Shown: piece by piece, positions 48,049 to 58,586 of the stretch
How positions within the stretch are numbered: the first letter of the stretch is position 1
How the letters are laid out: every line of letters starts with the position of its first letter
Assembly: GCA_963667665.2 (NCBI GenBank)
Contig: OY763927.2
Location: forward strand, 256,001 to 320,000
Reading direction: 5' to 3'
DNA: 64,000 bases
Origin: Nitrosopumilus sp.
GTDB taxonomy: Archaea; Thermoproteota; Nitrososphaeria; Nitrososphaerales; Nitrosopumilaceae
Position numbers and translations under genes: made by a program
The notes under the pieces: generated by a model
What the model was told of the DNA's origin: nothing
Databases searched by the model: none
What the model saw: the letters and a program-made list of their open reading frames with translations, nothing else

Positions 48049-48351
48049 GTGAACAATGACTTTGATAGGATTGAAACATTAGTTTCTGAAAGACGTGTAA
48101 AACTACACATTTTTGAGCCCAGCCAAAGAAAAATTTGGACAGTTGTAGGAAAAGGTGAAGAACACTGGATTGATCCTGATGGTCGTTATTGTGCTTGTCC
48201 TGGATTTTATTTTGGTAGCATGAATGGAAAAACTACTTGTTATCACTTGGAATCCGCAGACCTTGCTAAAAAAGAAAATAAAATTGAAAAAATTATTTTT
48301 TCTGATGATGAATTTACTGATTTTCTTTCAGGATTGCTTTCTGATTTGTAA
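48049..48351 (+). CDS. SWIM Zn-finger protein
   Basis: YCACPGF...CYHL. Confidence 0.75.
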   Translation: MNNDFDRIETLVSERRVKLHIFEPSQRKIWTVVGKGEEHWIDPDGRYCACPGFYFGSMNGKTTCYHLESADLAKKENKIEKIIFSDDEFTDFLSGLLSDL

Positions 48352-48397
48352 CTTTGTTCTTCGAATGTGTTAATAACTAGAAATTATATGAAAAATT

Positions 48398-48649
48398 ATG
48401 GATGAGGAAAAACATAATTCTGAAATTGAAAAAATTGCAAATCTAATGGTTCATGATAATGTCACACTAGATGAAGAAGATGTCATAAAACTAGAAAAAT
48501 ACAAAAACATTATCAAAGAAGATTGCAGCCTTGATGATGAAAATGCAATGAATTTAGTTTATGAAACTCTTCTTTATCGGAAATTAAAAAATTCAGAATC
48601 TGGAGATATATTAGAAAAAGGTAATGATTTCGGTGCTGGTTTTAGTTGA
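48398..48649 (+). CDS. Hypothetical protein
   Basis: 83-aa ORF in core-like context. Confidence 0.65.
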   Translation: MDEEKHNSEIEKIANLMVHDNVTLDEEDVIKLEKYKNIIKEDCSLDDENAMNLVYETLLYRKLKNSESGDILEKGNDFGAGFS

Positions 48650-48946
48650 CTATAATGGAATAGAATCAATATCGTCTTTTGAAACACCTTTCCAACTACC
48701 AGTCACATCAGTTGATTCCACTTCTTCAACTTTGGTAATTTGTTGAATCTTAATGTGGTCCGGATTTGGTGGCATCCATAACATTGCCATGTAATCCCCT
48801 ACATTTCCAACTTTATCTGGCAAGGCCATGATGACTTTCTCAGCTGCAAATCCTTTTGCAGTAAGTGCACTCATTGCTTTATCTTTCAGATCCATTCTTC
48901 CATGTAGGAACAGATAGATTTCTTTTTGATTATCAATTTCTGCCAT
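48650..48946 (-). CDS. Hypothetical protein
   Basis: 98-aa ORF in core-like context. Confidence 0.65.
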   Translation of the reverse strand: MAEIDNQKEIYLFLHGRMDLKDKAMSALTAKGFAAEKVIMALPDKVGNVGDYMAMLWMPPNPDHIKIQQITKVEEVESTDVTGSWKGVSKDDIDSIPL

Positions 48947-49035
48947 GAATCCGTTGATTTTTCAAGCTAAATCAATCTTTCCTAAACTAGTGCCTTCCAA
49001 AAAGGGTTAAATTAGAATGGACGAAAATTTTAACT

Positions 49036-49329
49036 ATGAAAGTTTTCACTGTTGGCAACAAATCATTTGTAACTAGTTTCCAATTAGCTGGAGTTCCAGG
49101 TATCATTTCTGAAACACCACAAAAGGCTATGGATGAAATTAGGAAATTAACTGATGATTCTGATGTTGGCTTGGTTCTAGTTAGTGATGATATTTCAGAA
49201 TCAATTGATGATGAATTAACTGCGCTACGAGCTGAAAAAGAAACTCTAGTCTTTGCATTACCTTCAATTGGAAGTAAAAAATCTGAAGTCGATTACAGAG
49301 TAATGCTCAAGAAGATTCTTGGTGTTTAA
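49036..49329 (+). CDS. atpF: A/V-type ATP synthase subunit F (stand-alone copy)
   Basis: VG...VTSFQLAGV...DVGLVLV...LKKILGV pattern. Confidence 0.8.
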   Translation: MKVFTVGNKSFVTSFQLAGVPGIISETPQKAMDEIRKLTDDSDVGLVLVSDDISESIDDELTALRAEKETLVFALPSIGSKKSEVDYRVMLKKILGV

Positions 49330-49366
49330 TTTAATCTACTTATAATCAACATTTCAATATCTTACC

Positions 49367-50395
49367 ATGAAAACAGCATCTGTAAAAGAACCATCCGTAA
49401 TTTCAGTTGATGATATAGAAAAACCAACGTTGGAATCTGGTGATATTTTAGTACAGATGAATGCTTGCGGAATTTGTGGCTCTGATGTGGAAAAAGTTTT
49501 TGGAGAATATGGACAACCCTCCATGCGTTTAGGCCATGAACCTGCAGGTGTAATTTTAGATGTTGGCACTGATGTAACTGATTTTAAAAAAGGTGATAGA
49601 GTATTTACTCATCATCATGTTCCTTGTTATAATTGTCATTTGTGTATTCATGGCAATGAAACAATGTGTGCAAAATATTCTGAAACTAATCTATCTCCTT
49701 GTGGTTTGTCTGAAGAATATGTTGTACCTGCATGGAATGTATCTCATAGTGGAGTTTTAAAAATTTCTGATTCTCTAAGCTTTGAAGAAGCTGCAATGAT
49801 TGAACCCTTAGCTTGTTGTGTAAGAGCATGGACTAAATTTCGTTCTTACGAAGGTGACTCTACTGCAATTTTCGGTGTTGGTCCTACAGGAATGATGCAT
49901 GTAATGTTGGCAAAAGCAAAGAAACTATCAAAAATTATCTGTCTTGATGTTAATGACTTTAGATTAGATTTTGCAAAAAAATTCAACATTACTGAATCAA
50001 TTAATTCGATGGATGAAGGCAGAAAACAAAAGATTTTGAATCATACTGAGAATAGAGGTGTAGATGTGGCAATAGTTGCAACTAGTAGTATGAGTGCACT
50101 AGAAGATGCAATAGATGTTGTACGTAAAGGCGGCGTTGTTATGATGTTTGGCGTTCCATCAAAAGGTGCAAAACTGGATTTGGATATGGGTAAAATCTAT
50201 TCTAAAGAGATTACTCTTGTTACTAGTTATGCTGCATCAGACAAAGATACCAAAGATGCACTAGACCTCATTGAATCTTCCCAAATTGATGTAAAGCAAC
50301 TAATCACGCATACATATCCAATTATTGATTCTCAAAAAGCATTTGATCATGCACGCACCGGAGAGAATGCAATGAAAATAATCATTACAAAATAA
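49367..50395 (+). CDS. Zn-dependent alcohol/polyol dehydrogenase (MDR)
   Basis: CGICGSD, GHE, C..C..C.......C, EPLAC and GVGPTG motifs. Confidence 0.92.
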   Translation: MKTASVKEPSVISVDDIEKPTLESGDILVQMNACGICGSDVEKVFGEYGQPSMRLGHEPAGVILDVGTDVTDFKKGDRVFTHHHVPCYNCHLCIHGNETMCAKYSETNLSPCGLSEEYVVPAWNVSHSGVLKISDSLSFEEAAMIEPLACCVRAWTKFRSYEGDSTAIFGVGPTGMMHVMLAKAKKLSKIICLDVNDFRLDFAKKFNITESINSMDEGRKQKILNHTENRGVDVAIVATSSMSALEDAIDVVRKGGVVMMFGVPSKGAKLDLDMGKIYSKEITLVTSYAASDKDTKDALDLIESSQIDVKQLITHTYPIIDSQKAFDHARTGENAMKIIITK

Positions 50396-50441
50396 GAAAG
50401 GCTTAAGAAAGGTATTTCAATTCTTTCAAAATCGAAGAGAA

Positions 50442-51458
50442 ATGGACTGGGGATTAAAAAATAGAATATCACAAATCATTAAACCACAAAATAATCGTGC
50501 ATTAATGTTAGCAGTTGATCATGGATACTTTCTTGGTCCAACTGAAAAACTAGAGAACCCAAAAAAGGTTATTGCACCACTTTTGAAATATTGTGACTCT
50601 TTGATGGTTACAAGAGGCGTTCAGAGAACATGTGTTCCTGCAACTACAAACACTCCCATGGTCTTGCGTGTGTCTGGCGGTTCAAGTATTATTGGTGAGG
50701 ATTTGTCTCAAGAAGAAATTACTGTATCTATTCAAGATGCAATTAGACTCAATGCTAGTGCACTTGCAATGTCTATCTTTGTTGGCTCTAAATATGAACA
50801 TCAAACTATTGTAAATCTTGGAAAATTAGTAAGTAAGGCAGAAAAATATGGAATTCCTGTTTTAGCTGTAACTGCAGTTGGAAAAGAATTGGGCAAAGAT
50901 GCAAGATATCTCTCCTTGGCATGCAGAATTGCAGCTGAGCAAGGAGCACATATTGTCAAAACATACTATTGTGAAAATTTCGAAAAAGTTGTTCAATCAT
51001 GTCCTGTTCCAATTATTGTTGCAGGTGGAAAGAAAATTCCAGAACGTGATGCATTACAATTAACATACAACTCCATCAAAGGTGGTGCAGTTGGCGTTGA
51101 TATGGGACGAAACATCTGGCAGTCAGAACATCCTGTTGCAATGATTAAAGCAATACGATCCATAGTTCATGGAAATTCAAATGTTGATCAAGCATATAGC
51201 TATTACCAAAAACTAGTCAGTGAAGGTCCAAAAAGAAAAAACAAACTAAACAAACCTGATCAAAACAAACCTGATCAAAACAAACCAAACAAACCAAAGA
51301 AACCTGATCAAAACAAACTAAACAAACCTGATCAAAACAAACCTGATCAAAACAAACCTGATCAAAACAAACCTGATCAAAACAAACCTGATCAAAACAA
51401 ACCTGATCAAAACAAACCAAAAACCCCACAAAACAAACCTAACAAATCAAAGAAATAG
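50442..51458 (+). CDS. lsrF: LsrF-like DhnA-type class I aldolase/thiolase with NKPDQ repeat tail
   Basis: MDWGLKNR, LAVDHGYFLGP, IVKTYY, AGGKK and GVDMGRNIWQ motifs. Confidence 0.85.
   Translation: MDWGLKNRISQIIKPQNNRALMLAVDHGYFLGPTEKLENPKKVIAPLLKYCDSLMVTRGVQRTCVPATTNTPMVLRVSGGSSIIGEDLSQEEITVSIQDAIRLNASALAMSIFVGSKYEHQTIVNLGKLVSKAEKYGIPVLAVTAVGKELGKDARYLSLACRIAAEQGAHIVKTYYCENFEKVVQSCPVPIIVAGGKKIPERDALQLTYNSIKGGAVGVDMGRNIWQSEHPVAMIKAIRSIVHGNSNVDQAYSYYQKLVSEGPKRKNKLNKPDQNKPDQNKPNKPKKPDQNKLNKPDQNKPDQNKPDQNKPDQNKPDQNKPDQNKPKTPQNKPNKSKK
51240..51442 (+). repeat. 15-bp coding tandem repeat (AACAAACCTGATCAA; NKPDQ)
   Basis: Directly visible in both DNA and protein. Confidence 0.95.
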
Positions 51459-51462
51459 ACTA

Positions 51463-51879
51463 TCACTCAATCTTTGAGAGATGAATGTGTGCAATTTTCC
51501 ATGTTGGTTGCTTTACTAGTACAAATGTTGCGCGTCCCTTAATTTTCATGTGCTCTCCTGTGAATGCTTTGTTGTCTACTAGCATTCCTTGTTGAATTAA
51601 CTCTAATGCAACAATTGCAGTATTCCCAAAAATACTGATTTTGGGATTTTTGATTTCATAACTATAATCTGAAATGCTAATGAATCTTAATTCTTCTAAT
51701 TCTATTGTGGTTTGATAGTCTTTTAGATCATATGGTGGTAAATCACTAAAGCTTGAAAATCTAGAATCATCAAGATGTATCTCTTTTAGTTTCGTCAGAT
51801 CTTTTGATACTCCTGCTTGAAATAATGTCTCGATAATTTTTATGATTTCTTCACTATCTTGCAAAACAATCAGTTTCAA
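51463..51879 (-). CDS. SnoaL/NTF2-like protein
   Basis: KISIFGNTAIV...RATFVLVK...WKIAHIHLS. Confidence 0.8.
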   Translation of the reverse strand: MKLIVLQDSEEIIKIIETLFQAGVSKDLTKLKEIHLDDSRFSSFSDLPPYDLKDYQTTIELEELRFISISDYSYEIKNPKISIFGNTAIVALELIQQGMLVDNKAFTGEHMKIKGRATFVLVKQPTWKIAHIHLSKIE

Positions 51880-52076
51880 ATATGAAAATTATCAGTTTAA
51901 GTCTTCTGTACAATGTGGGCTCAACCAACGATTATTTTTCTGGGAATCTTTATTAATTATCAATTAGATTTGTTTTTGATTTCAATGAGTACAAAATTAA
52001 CTGGACCAGTTAGCAAGAATTTGCAAATTGTTGTTCTACTGTAAAGTGTGCTCAAATTTTTAACTTCATTAAAATT

Positions 52077-53789
52077 ATGGCGATTGATTTGATAAATAAA
52101 ATGGAAACTATGACAGGTGCAAAGGCCTTGATGACGGCTATGGAAAAAGAAGGCGTCAAACAAGTGTTTGGTATACCCGGAGGTGCAAATCTTCCGATGT
52201 ATGATGAATTTGCTAGATGCAATATTAGACATATCTTGGCAAGACATGAGCAATCAGCATCTCATATGGCTGATGGGTTTGGTAGGGTAAGCAGAAAGCC
52301 TGGTGTTTGCTTTGCAACATCGGGACCAGGTGCTACTAACATATTGACCGGCCTTGCAACAGCGCAAGCTGATTCTGCACCAATGGTTGCAGTAACTGGT
52401 CAAGTACCAGTAAATATGATTGGACGAGATGCATTTCAGGAAAGTGATATTATTGGAATGTCAAACCCTGTTGTAAAATATGCATTTCAACCAAGAACGC
52501 CAGGCGAAATTCCAGAAGCTGTTAGAAAAGGATTCTACATTGCAGAAACAGGAAGACCCGGACCTGTATTAATTGATATTCCAAAAGATGTTCAAACAGG
52601 AAAAGCAGAGATGACATTTCCTGATGAATTTAAAATTCAAGGATATCATCCATGGGCTGATCCTGATATTGTTGCATGTGAGAAAGCAATTGATATGTTA
52701 CTTAATTCAGAAAAACCAATCATCTTAGCTGGTGGTGGAACTATTATCTCATCAGCGTTTGCAGAATTGCAAGCTATCGCTGAAACTCTTATGCTTCCAG
52801 TAGTTACTACTTTTAAAGGAAAGGGGGCGTTTCCTGAAACTCATCCTTTGTCCTTAGGACCAATTGGAATGCATGGACATGCAGAGGCAAACAAAATGAT
52901 GACAGAAGCTGACTGTGTATTGGCAATAGGAACTCGATTCTCTGATAGATCAGTTGGAACCTTTGAGGCATTTGAAAAGAGGCTCAAAATCATTCACTTG
53001 GATGTAGATCCTGCAGAGATTGGTAAAAACCAAACAGCACAAGTTGCAGTAGTTGGAGATGTTAAAGCATCACTTCGAATAATGATAAAGTTACTTTTGC
53101 AAAGAGCAATTAAAAAAACTGAAGAGTCTACTTGGATAAAGCATGTAAAAGAAACTAAAGCTTACTGGCAAGAAAACTTGAAAATTCATCCAGGAGAAAT
53201 GGGTGCTGCAAAAATTTTACGTAAGCTAAGAGAGTTGTTACCTGCTGAATCAATTATCACTACCGAAGTAGGACAACACCAAATGTGGGCATCATTATTT
53301 TATGATGTAATTCAACCTGGTACTTTCTTTAGCTCTACTGGTTTGGGTACTATGGGTTGGGGATTTCCAGCATCAATTGGTGCCAAAGTTGCAAGACCTG
53401 ATGTTCCTGTAGTGGATATTGCAGGAGATGGTAGCTTTGCAATGACTGAAAACTCACTTGCAACTGCAGTCTTAGAGGATATTCCAGTAATCGTGTTTAT
53501 CTTAAATAATTTCACATTAGGAATGGTTGCTCAATGGCAAAGAACATTCTATGATAGAAGAATGATTGGAGTAGACCAAAAACACTGTCCTGATTATGTA
53601 AAATTAGCTGAATCATACGGAGCTCAAGGAATTAGAGCACAATCAATGGATGAGCTTGACAAAGCAATCAAAGCTGCATTATCAAGTGATGTTGCAACTG
53701 TAATTGATATTCCAATTGACCCTGAAGAAGACGTGTTACCATTTGTAGCTCCTGGAACTCCACTTGAGGATATGGTCTTACCATCATAG
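52077..53789 (+). CDS. ilvB: Acetolactate synthase large subunit
   Basis: FGIPGG, RHEQ, TSGPGATN and GDGSF TPP motifs. Confidence 0.96.
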   Translation: MAIDLINKMETMTGAKALMTAMEKEGVKQVFGIPGGANLPMYDEFARCNIRHILARHEQSASHMADGFGRVSRKPGVCFATSGPGATNILTGLATAQADSAPMVAVTGQVPVNMIGRDAFQESDIIGMSNPVVKYAFQPRTPGEIPEAVRKGFYIAETGRPGPVLIDIPKDVQTGKAEMTFPDEFKIQGYHPWADPDIVACEKAIDMLLNSEKPIILAGGGTIISSAFAELQAIAETLMLPVVTTFKGKGAFPETHPLSLGPIGMHGHAEANKMMTEADCVLAIGTRFSDRSVGTFEAFEKRLKIIHLDVDPAEIGKNQTAQVAVVGDVKASLRIMIKLLLQRAIKKTEESTWIKHVKETKAYWQENLKIHPGEMGAAKILRKLRELLPAESIITTEVGQHQMWASLFYDVIQPGTFFSSTGLGTMGWGFPASIGAKVARPDVPVVDIAGDGSFAMTENSLATAVLEDIPVIVFILNNFTLGMVAQWQRTFYDRRMIGVDQKHCPDYVKLAESYGAQGIRAQSMDELDKAIKAALSSDVATVIDIPIDPEEDVLPFVAPGTPLEDMVLPS

Positions 53790-53798
53790 TGATTAATC

Positions 53799-54281
53799 AT
53801 GTGGGCGATAATTTCTCTTTTAGTTGAAAACAAAACTGGGATCTTGTTTAAGATAACTCATCTTTTCAGGTCTAGAAATTTCAATATTGATAGTATTTCA
53901 GTTGGGGTAACTGAGAATCCGGATTATTCTAGAATGACTATTACTACTAATAGTGATGAAAAGCGAGTTGCACAAATTGTAAAACAATTAGAAAAAATGA
54001 TTGATACCGTAGAAGTTAAGCAATTAGACGAGCACAAAACAGTGTATAGAGAACTCTGTCTTTTTATGATAAAACTCAGCAACGCTAATGACAGTATGGA
54101 AATTAACAAGATAGTTAATGCATATGGCGGCAAAGTACATGATGTGAAAAAAGAATCACTTATGGTTGAATTGACTGCAACACCATACCAAATCCAAGCA
54201 TTTGAGGAATTGATAAAGCCATTTGGTATTATTGATGTGGCACGAACTGGAGTTGCTGCATTACAGAGGAGTGGATCATGA
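53799..54281 (+). CDS. ilvN: Acetolactate synthase small subunit
   Basis: LVENKTGIL...RNFNIDSISVG ACT domain; VARTG. Confidence 0.93.
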   Translation: MWAIISLLVENKTGILFKITHLFRSRNFNIDSISVGVTENPDYSRMTITTNSDEKRVAQIVKQLEKMIDTVEVKQLDEHKTVYRELCLFMIKLSNANDSMEINKIVNAYGGKVHDVKKESLMVELTATPYQIQAFEELIKPFGIIDVARTGVAALQRSGS

Positions 54282-55777
54282 AAGTTAGAATATTTGATAC
54301 AACATTAAGGGATGGAGAGCAAACACTTGGTGTTTCATTGTCACCTGATCAAAAATTATCAATTGCAAAAAAACTTGATGAATTAGGAGTTGATGCAATA
54401 GAGGCAGGCTTTCCTGTAATTTCTGATGGTGAATTCAAAGGAGTACAAATGATAACTGCAGAAGGATTATCTGCAGAAATAGTTGGATTAACTAGAACTA
54501 TCAAAACTGATATTGATTCTGCAATTGATGCAGGACTAAATTCTATTCACACATTCATTGCAACCTCTGATATTCATTTAGAGTATAAACTCAAAATGAC
54601 AAGAGAGCAAGCACTTGAAAAAGCAATTGAAGCAGTAGAGTATGGAAAATCACGTGGTATCAAAGTTGAGTTCTCAGCTGAAGATGCAACTAGAACTGAT
54701 AGAGAATTCTTAAAAAAAGTATTCGGCGAAGTTGCAAAAGCAGGAGCTGATAGAATTGATATTCCTGATACTGTAGGATATTCCACACCAGAGTATATGG
54801 CAGAAATTACTCGTGATGCTGTAATTGCATCAAAACTTCCAGTAAGTGTTCATTGTCATAATGACTTTGGATTAGCAGTTGCAAACGCATTATCTGGAAT
54901 TCATGCAGGTGCAGTATGTGCACATGTTACAATTAATGGAATTGGAGAACGTGCAGGAAATGCATCATTAGAAGAATTATCCATGGCATTGCAATGTTTA
55001 CCATATGAGCAAAAATATGAAACAAATATCAAATCTGAATTAATCTATGATACATCAAGGTATATCTCAAAAATTGCAGGCATCAAAGTGCAGCCAAACA
55101 AGGCAATAGTTGGAGACAATGCATTTGGACATGAATCGGGAATTCATACTCATGGTGTATTGAATAATCCATTAACATACGAACCAATCAGTCCAGAGTT
55201 AGTAGGACGAAAGAGAAGACTTCGTGTTGGAAAACATGCAGGAATTCATGGAATGAATGCAATGCTTGCAGAATTTGGAGTAAAACCAACTGAGAAACAA
55301 TCAGAGCAAATCTTGGAAAAAGTCAAAGTATTGGGTGACCAAGGAAAGCAAATCTCAGATGTAGAGTTGTTAAGTATAGCAAGTGATGTTCTTGGAGACA
55401 AAGGCATCAAAAGAATTGTACAGTTAACTGGATTCTCAGTATCTACTGGAATTGGAACAATGCCTTATGCATTTGTAAAATTAACCATCGATGGAAAAGA
55501 GTATTCAGGAACTGATCATGGTGTTGGTCCAGTTGATGCATCACTTAATGCTATACAAAAAATTACAGGGCAAATCTCAGAAATTCGAATCAAAGATTAT
55601 TCTTTAGCATCAATTTCTGGTGGTGCCAATGCATTATGTGAAGTAACAATTAGTGTAGAGGATGCACAAGGAAATCGTGTTTCTGCAAAGTCAGTTGGTG
55701 AGGATATCGTAATTACCAGTGTTCAAGCAGTTATTGATGGGATAAATAGAATTATGCTCAAAAAGATGCTTAAATAA
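54278..55777 (+). CDS. leuA: 2-isopropylmalate synthase (LeuA/CimA family)
   Basis: DTTLRDGEQ, HCHND, GERAGN and HESGIH motifs; C-terminal regulatory domain. Confidence 0.88.
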   Translation: MKVRIFDTTLRDGEQTLGVSLSPDQKLSIAKKLDELGVDAIEAGFPVISDGEFKGVQMITAEGLSAEIVGLTRTIKTDIDSAIDAGLNSIHTFIATSDIHLEYKLKMTREQALEKAIEAVEYGKSRGIKVEFSAEDATRTDREFLKKVFGEVAKAGADRIDIPDTVGYSTPEYMAEITRDAVIASKLPVSVHCHNDFGLAVANALSGIHAGAVCAHVTINGIGERAGNASLEELSMALQCLPYEQKYETNIKSELIYDTSRYISKIAGIKVQPNKAIVGDNAFGHESGIHTHGVLNNPLTYEPISPELVGRKRRLRVGKHAGIHGMNAMLAEFGVKPTEKQSEQILEKVKVLGDQGKQISDVELLSIASDVLGDKGIKRIVQLTGFSVSTGIGTMPYAFVKLTIDGKEYSGTDHGVGPVDASLNAIQKITGQISEIRIKDYSLASISGGANALCEVTISVEDAQGNRVSAKSVGEDIVITSVQAVIDGINRIMLKKMLK

Positions 55778-55805
55778 AAACGGGTTAGCTAATCTTTGAT
55801 GTATC

Positions 55806-56819
55806 ATGTACAAAATATCATTAATCACTGGTGATGGGATTGGCCCTGAAATCTCAGATTCTGCAGTATCTGTATTAAATAAAATAAATGAAAATTATGA
55901 TTTAGAATTTGAGATTACAAAATTGTTAGCTGGCGATAAAGCACTTGAAATTACAGGAAATCCACTTCCTTCTGAGACTATCAATATAATCAAAGACTCT
56001 GATGCATGCTTGAAAGCTCCAGTTGGGGAGACAGCTGCTGATGTTATTGTAGTATTAAGAAGAATGCTTGATCTTTATGCCAATATCAGACCTGCAAAAT
56101 CCTATCCGCACATGCCCGCACTTCGTGATGATATTGATATGGTAATAGTTCGTGAAAATACTGAAGATCTTTACAAGGGAGAAGAGTTTCGTATAGACGG
56201 TGCAGCAGTTGCATTAAGAACAATTTCAGAGAAAGCATCTACTAGAATTGCTAAATATGCATTTGAGATGGCAACACAACGCGGTAATATGAAAAAAGTA
56301 ACTTGTGTTCATAAAAGTAACGTAATGCGAATCACTGATGGATTATTTTCTAAATGTTGTGAAGATGTATCAAAAGTGTATCCAGATATAACATTTGAGC
56401 AGATGTATGTTGATGCTGCTGCAATGAATTTAATTCGTCAACCAGAACAGTTTGATGTAATAGTAACTACGAATTTGTTTGGAGATATTCTCTCTGATGA
56501 ATCATCTCAAGTAGTTGGCGGATTGGGAATGGCACCTGCTGCTAATCTTGGAGATAATTTTGCATTATTTGAGCCAGTTCATGGCGCAGCATTTGATATT
56601 GCAGGACAAAATATAGCAAATCCATCTTCATTTTTGTTATCAATTAAGATGATGTTTGATTGGCTTGGTGCTAAACATAATGATAAAAAATGTGTAGATG
56701 TTGGAGCAAAACTAGAATCTGTAATCTTTGATTTAGTCAAAACAGGCTCTAAAACTAAGGACATTGGTGGTACCATGAGTACTGTAGAGTTTACAAAAGC
56801 GATTACTGATAATCTCTAA
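55806..56819 (+). CDS. leuB: 3-isopropylmalate dehydrogenase (IDH/IMDH family)
   Basis: GDGIGPE, RENTE, NLFGDILSD and FEPVHG motifs; operon with leuA. Confidence 0.85.
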   Translation: MYKISLITGDGIGPEISDSAVSVLNKINENYDLEFEITKLLAGDKALEITGNPLPSETINIIKDSDACLKAPVGETAADVIVVLRRMLDLYANIRPAKSYPHMPALRDDIDMVIVRENTEDLYKGEEFRIDGAAVALRTISEKASTRIAKYAFEMATQRGNMKKVTCVHKSNVMRITDGLFSKCCEDVSKVYPDITFEQMYVDAAAMNLIRQPEQFDVIVTTNLFGDILSDESSQVVGGLGMAPAANLGDNFALFEPVHGAAFDIAGQNIANPSSFLLSIKMMFDWLGAKHNDKKCVDVGAKLESVIFDLVKTGSKTKDIGGTMSTVEFTKAITDNL

Positions 56820-56837
56820 AATCTATAATTTTTAAAT

Positions 56838-57047
56838 TTATTCTGTGCCTTTTTCCAACTTTATTTTTCTAATAACTTCTTTAACCAAATCCTCATCTTT
56901 AATGACTAATTCTTGCAGTTTTTTCTTGTATTCTTCATCACCCCATCTGTCTGATGCAAACATTTCTTTCACTAATTTTACAATTTCAGATTTATTTCTC
57001 TGATGGTCACGTTTGGCTATTTCTGCACCTTCCATAACTATTCTCAA
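56838..57047 (-). CDS. Hypothetical protein
   Basis: 69-aa ORF only. Confidence 0.45.
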   Translation of the reverse strand: MRIVMEGAEIAKRDHQRNKSEIVKLVKEMFASDRWGDEEYKKKLQELVIKDEDLVKEVIRKIKLEKGTE

Positions 57048-57106
57048 ATAATTATCAACTTAAGTTCTTCTTTAAATTCAACAACGACGTAATCTATAGT
57101 GATATC

Positions 57107-57373
57107 ATGAGTGAAACCTGGAGAGAAAGACTAAGCAGAAGAAGATTAGAAATAGGAATTGAAGGACCAGAATACAATTACATTCAAAGTTACATAGAAT
57201 TCTACTGCTCAGAAGCTGACCGTCGATGCAAAGAAATCGATATGGAGAAAACCGTAGATGAAGTAATTGATTCTATGAAAGATGAAAAGTTTGATAAATT
57301 TACAAGGTCAGTAATTGACTCTGTTCACAAAAAACAAGGATATGATGGGCAAGCTCCTGCTCAGATGACTTGA
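57107..57373 (+). CDS. Hypothetical protein
   Basis: 88-aa ORF. Confidence 0.55.
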   Translation: MSETWRERLSRRRLEIGIEGPEYNYIQSYIEFYCSEADRRCKEIDMEKTVDEVIDSMKDEKFDKFTRSVIDSVHKKQGYDGQAPAQMT

Positions 57374-57690
57374 TCAATCTAGGAAAAATCCTCCTTCAAC
57401 TAGTGTATGATTGTACCAGTAAAGATACTAAAAATCTTGAATCATTACAAAAGCAAATCCAAGAACGAATCTATTTTCTTAACGAAGAAAATATGAACAG
57501 TTTCAATGATCCTACCCTTTTAGAATATTATGAATTATACAATCAAATTCAGCAATGTCTTTTTGCAGATCACTCAAGCCAATACTTGCTTTATGCCGGA
57601 ATTATTCTAAGTGTTTCACTTTTTGTGGGGTTTCGTTGGTATATGATAAGAAAAGTAGAGGCTAAAAAGAAATTAAATTTCAAGGAATAG
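57370..57690 (+). CDS. Hypothetical protein with C-terminal TM helix
   Basis: YLLYAGIILSVSLFVGFRWY hydrophobic segment. Confidence 0.55.
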   Translation: MINLGKILLQLVYDCTSKDTKNLESLQKQIQERIYFLNEENMNSFNDPTLLEYYELYNQIQQCLFADHSSQYLLYAGIILSVSLFVGFRWYMIRKVEAKKKLNFKE

Positions 57691-57826
57691 TCTATGGAAA
57701 AAATGATTAAATTATGACTGAAGGCCAAATCATTGTACCCCTAGTGATAATTCTTGGAGTGGGAATTTTAGTCGGAACTAGAATCTGGTTGATGTTTAGA
57801 AAATAAAGAGTTTAGATTCTATCGAA

Positions 57827-58204
57827 TCAGTTTGCCCAACCGCGTTGAATTAATTTTTCTGCAGTTTCAGGTTTTACACATGCAGGAGAATTATCAAATG
57901 CTTTGAAAATTAATTCAAATCCATTATTACAGGTTAGAGCATCTGGAGTTATGCCATTTTTTATTTGAGTTTTTAGTGATGTCATTGAAGGTTCATTTTT
58001 TATTGTGAATGGTATGGTTTCTTTATTTTCCCATGCATCTCTACCTCCAGGGATCTCAGAGCATAGTCTATCGCCACAAACGCGTGGATCAGGTTTGCCC
58101 CCTCCACCGCCTCCCCCACCTCCATATCCAAAAGATAGAGGAGTCAAGACAACAGAAAAGATCAAAATAGAAAATATCATCGTGCAAATGATTTTTAGTT
58201 TCAC
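57827..58204 (-). CDS. Secreted protein with poly-Gly linker, VCGDRLCSE motif and PACV...LIQRGW module
   Basis: Signal peptide; C-terminal module shared with 16026-16988. Confidence 0.7.
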   Translation of the reverse strand: MKLKIICTMIFSILIFSVVLTPLSFGYGGGGGGGGGKPDPRVCGDRLCSEIPGGRDAWENKETIPFTIKNEPSMTSLKTQIKNGITPDALTCNNGFELIFKAFDNSPACVKPETAEKLIQRGWAN

Positions 58205-58302
58205 AAATTCTCTACACTAAACTAAGAATTAAAAATTTCAAGGAATAATCCATGTAATTTGAAATTACACACGTCTTCTTATGTTTCAAATTCACGTAGT
58301 TA

Positions 58303-58551
58303 ATGCACGAATGTCCTAATTCGTGTGTTACTCGTTGTGACAGGATAGTGCATTGTTTCAACGAGATTCTAAATCAACAGTTCATTTCATCAGAAAGTAT
58401 TCTTTTTCCATTGGATTTTACCTCAAAAGCACGAGAACATCGTTTGCATACAAGTAACATAGATTCAGTTAGTTCTAATTTTATAGAATGTCCATCATGT
58501 AGACATAATGGGCACAAATTGGAATTGTTGACATCAAATATCATCGTATAA
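58303..58551 (+). CDS. Cys-containing hypothetical protein
   Basis: 82 aa with CPNSC and CPSC. Confidence 0.5.
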   Translation: MHECPNSCVTRCDRIVHCFNEILNQQFISSESILFPLDFTSKAREHRLHTSNIDSVSSNFIECPSCRHNGHKLELLTSNIIV

Positions 58552-58586
58552 TATTTTACAATTATAGCATAAACCTTTTTCCAAGA

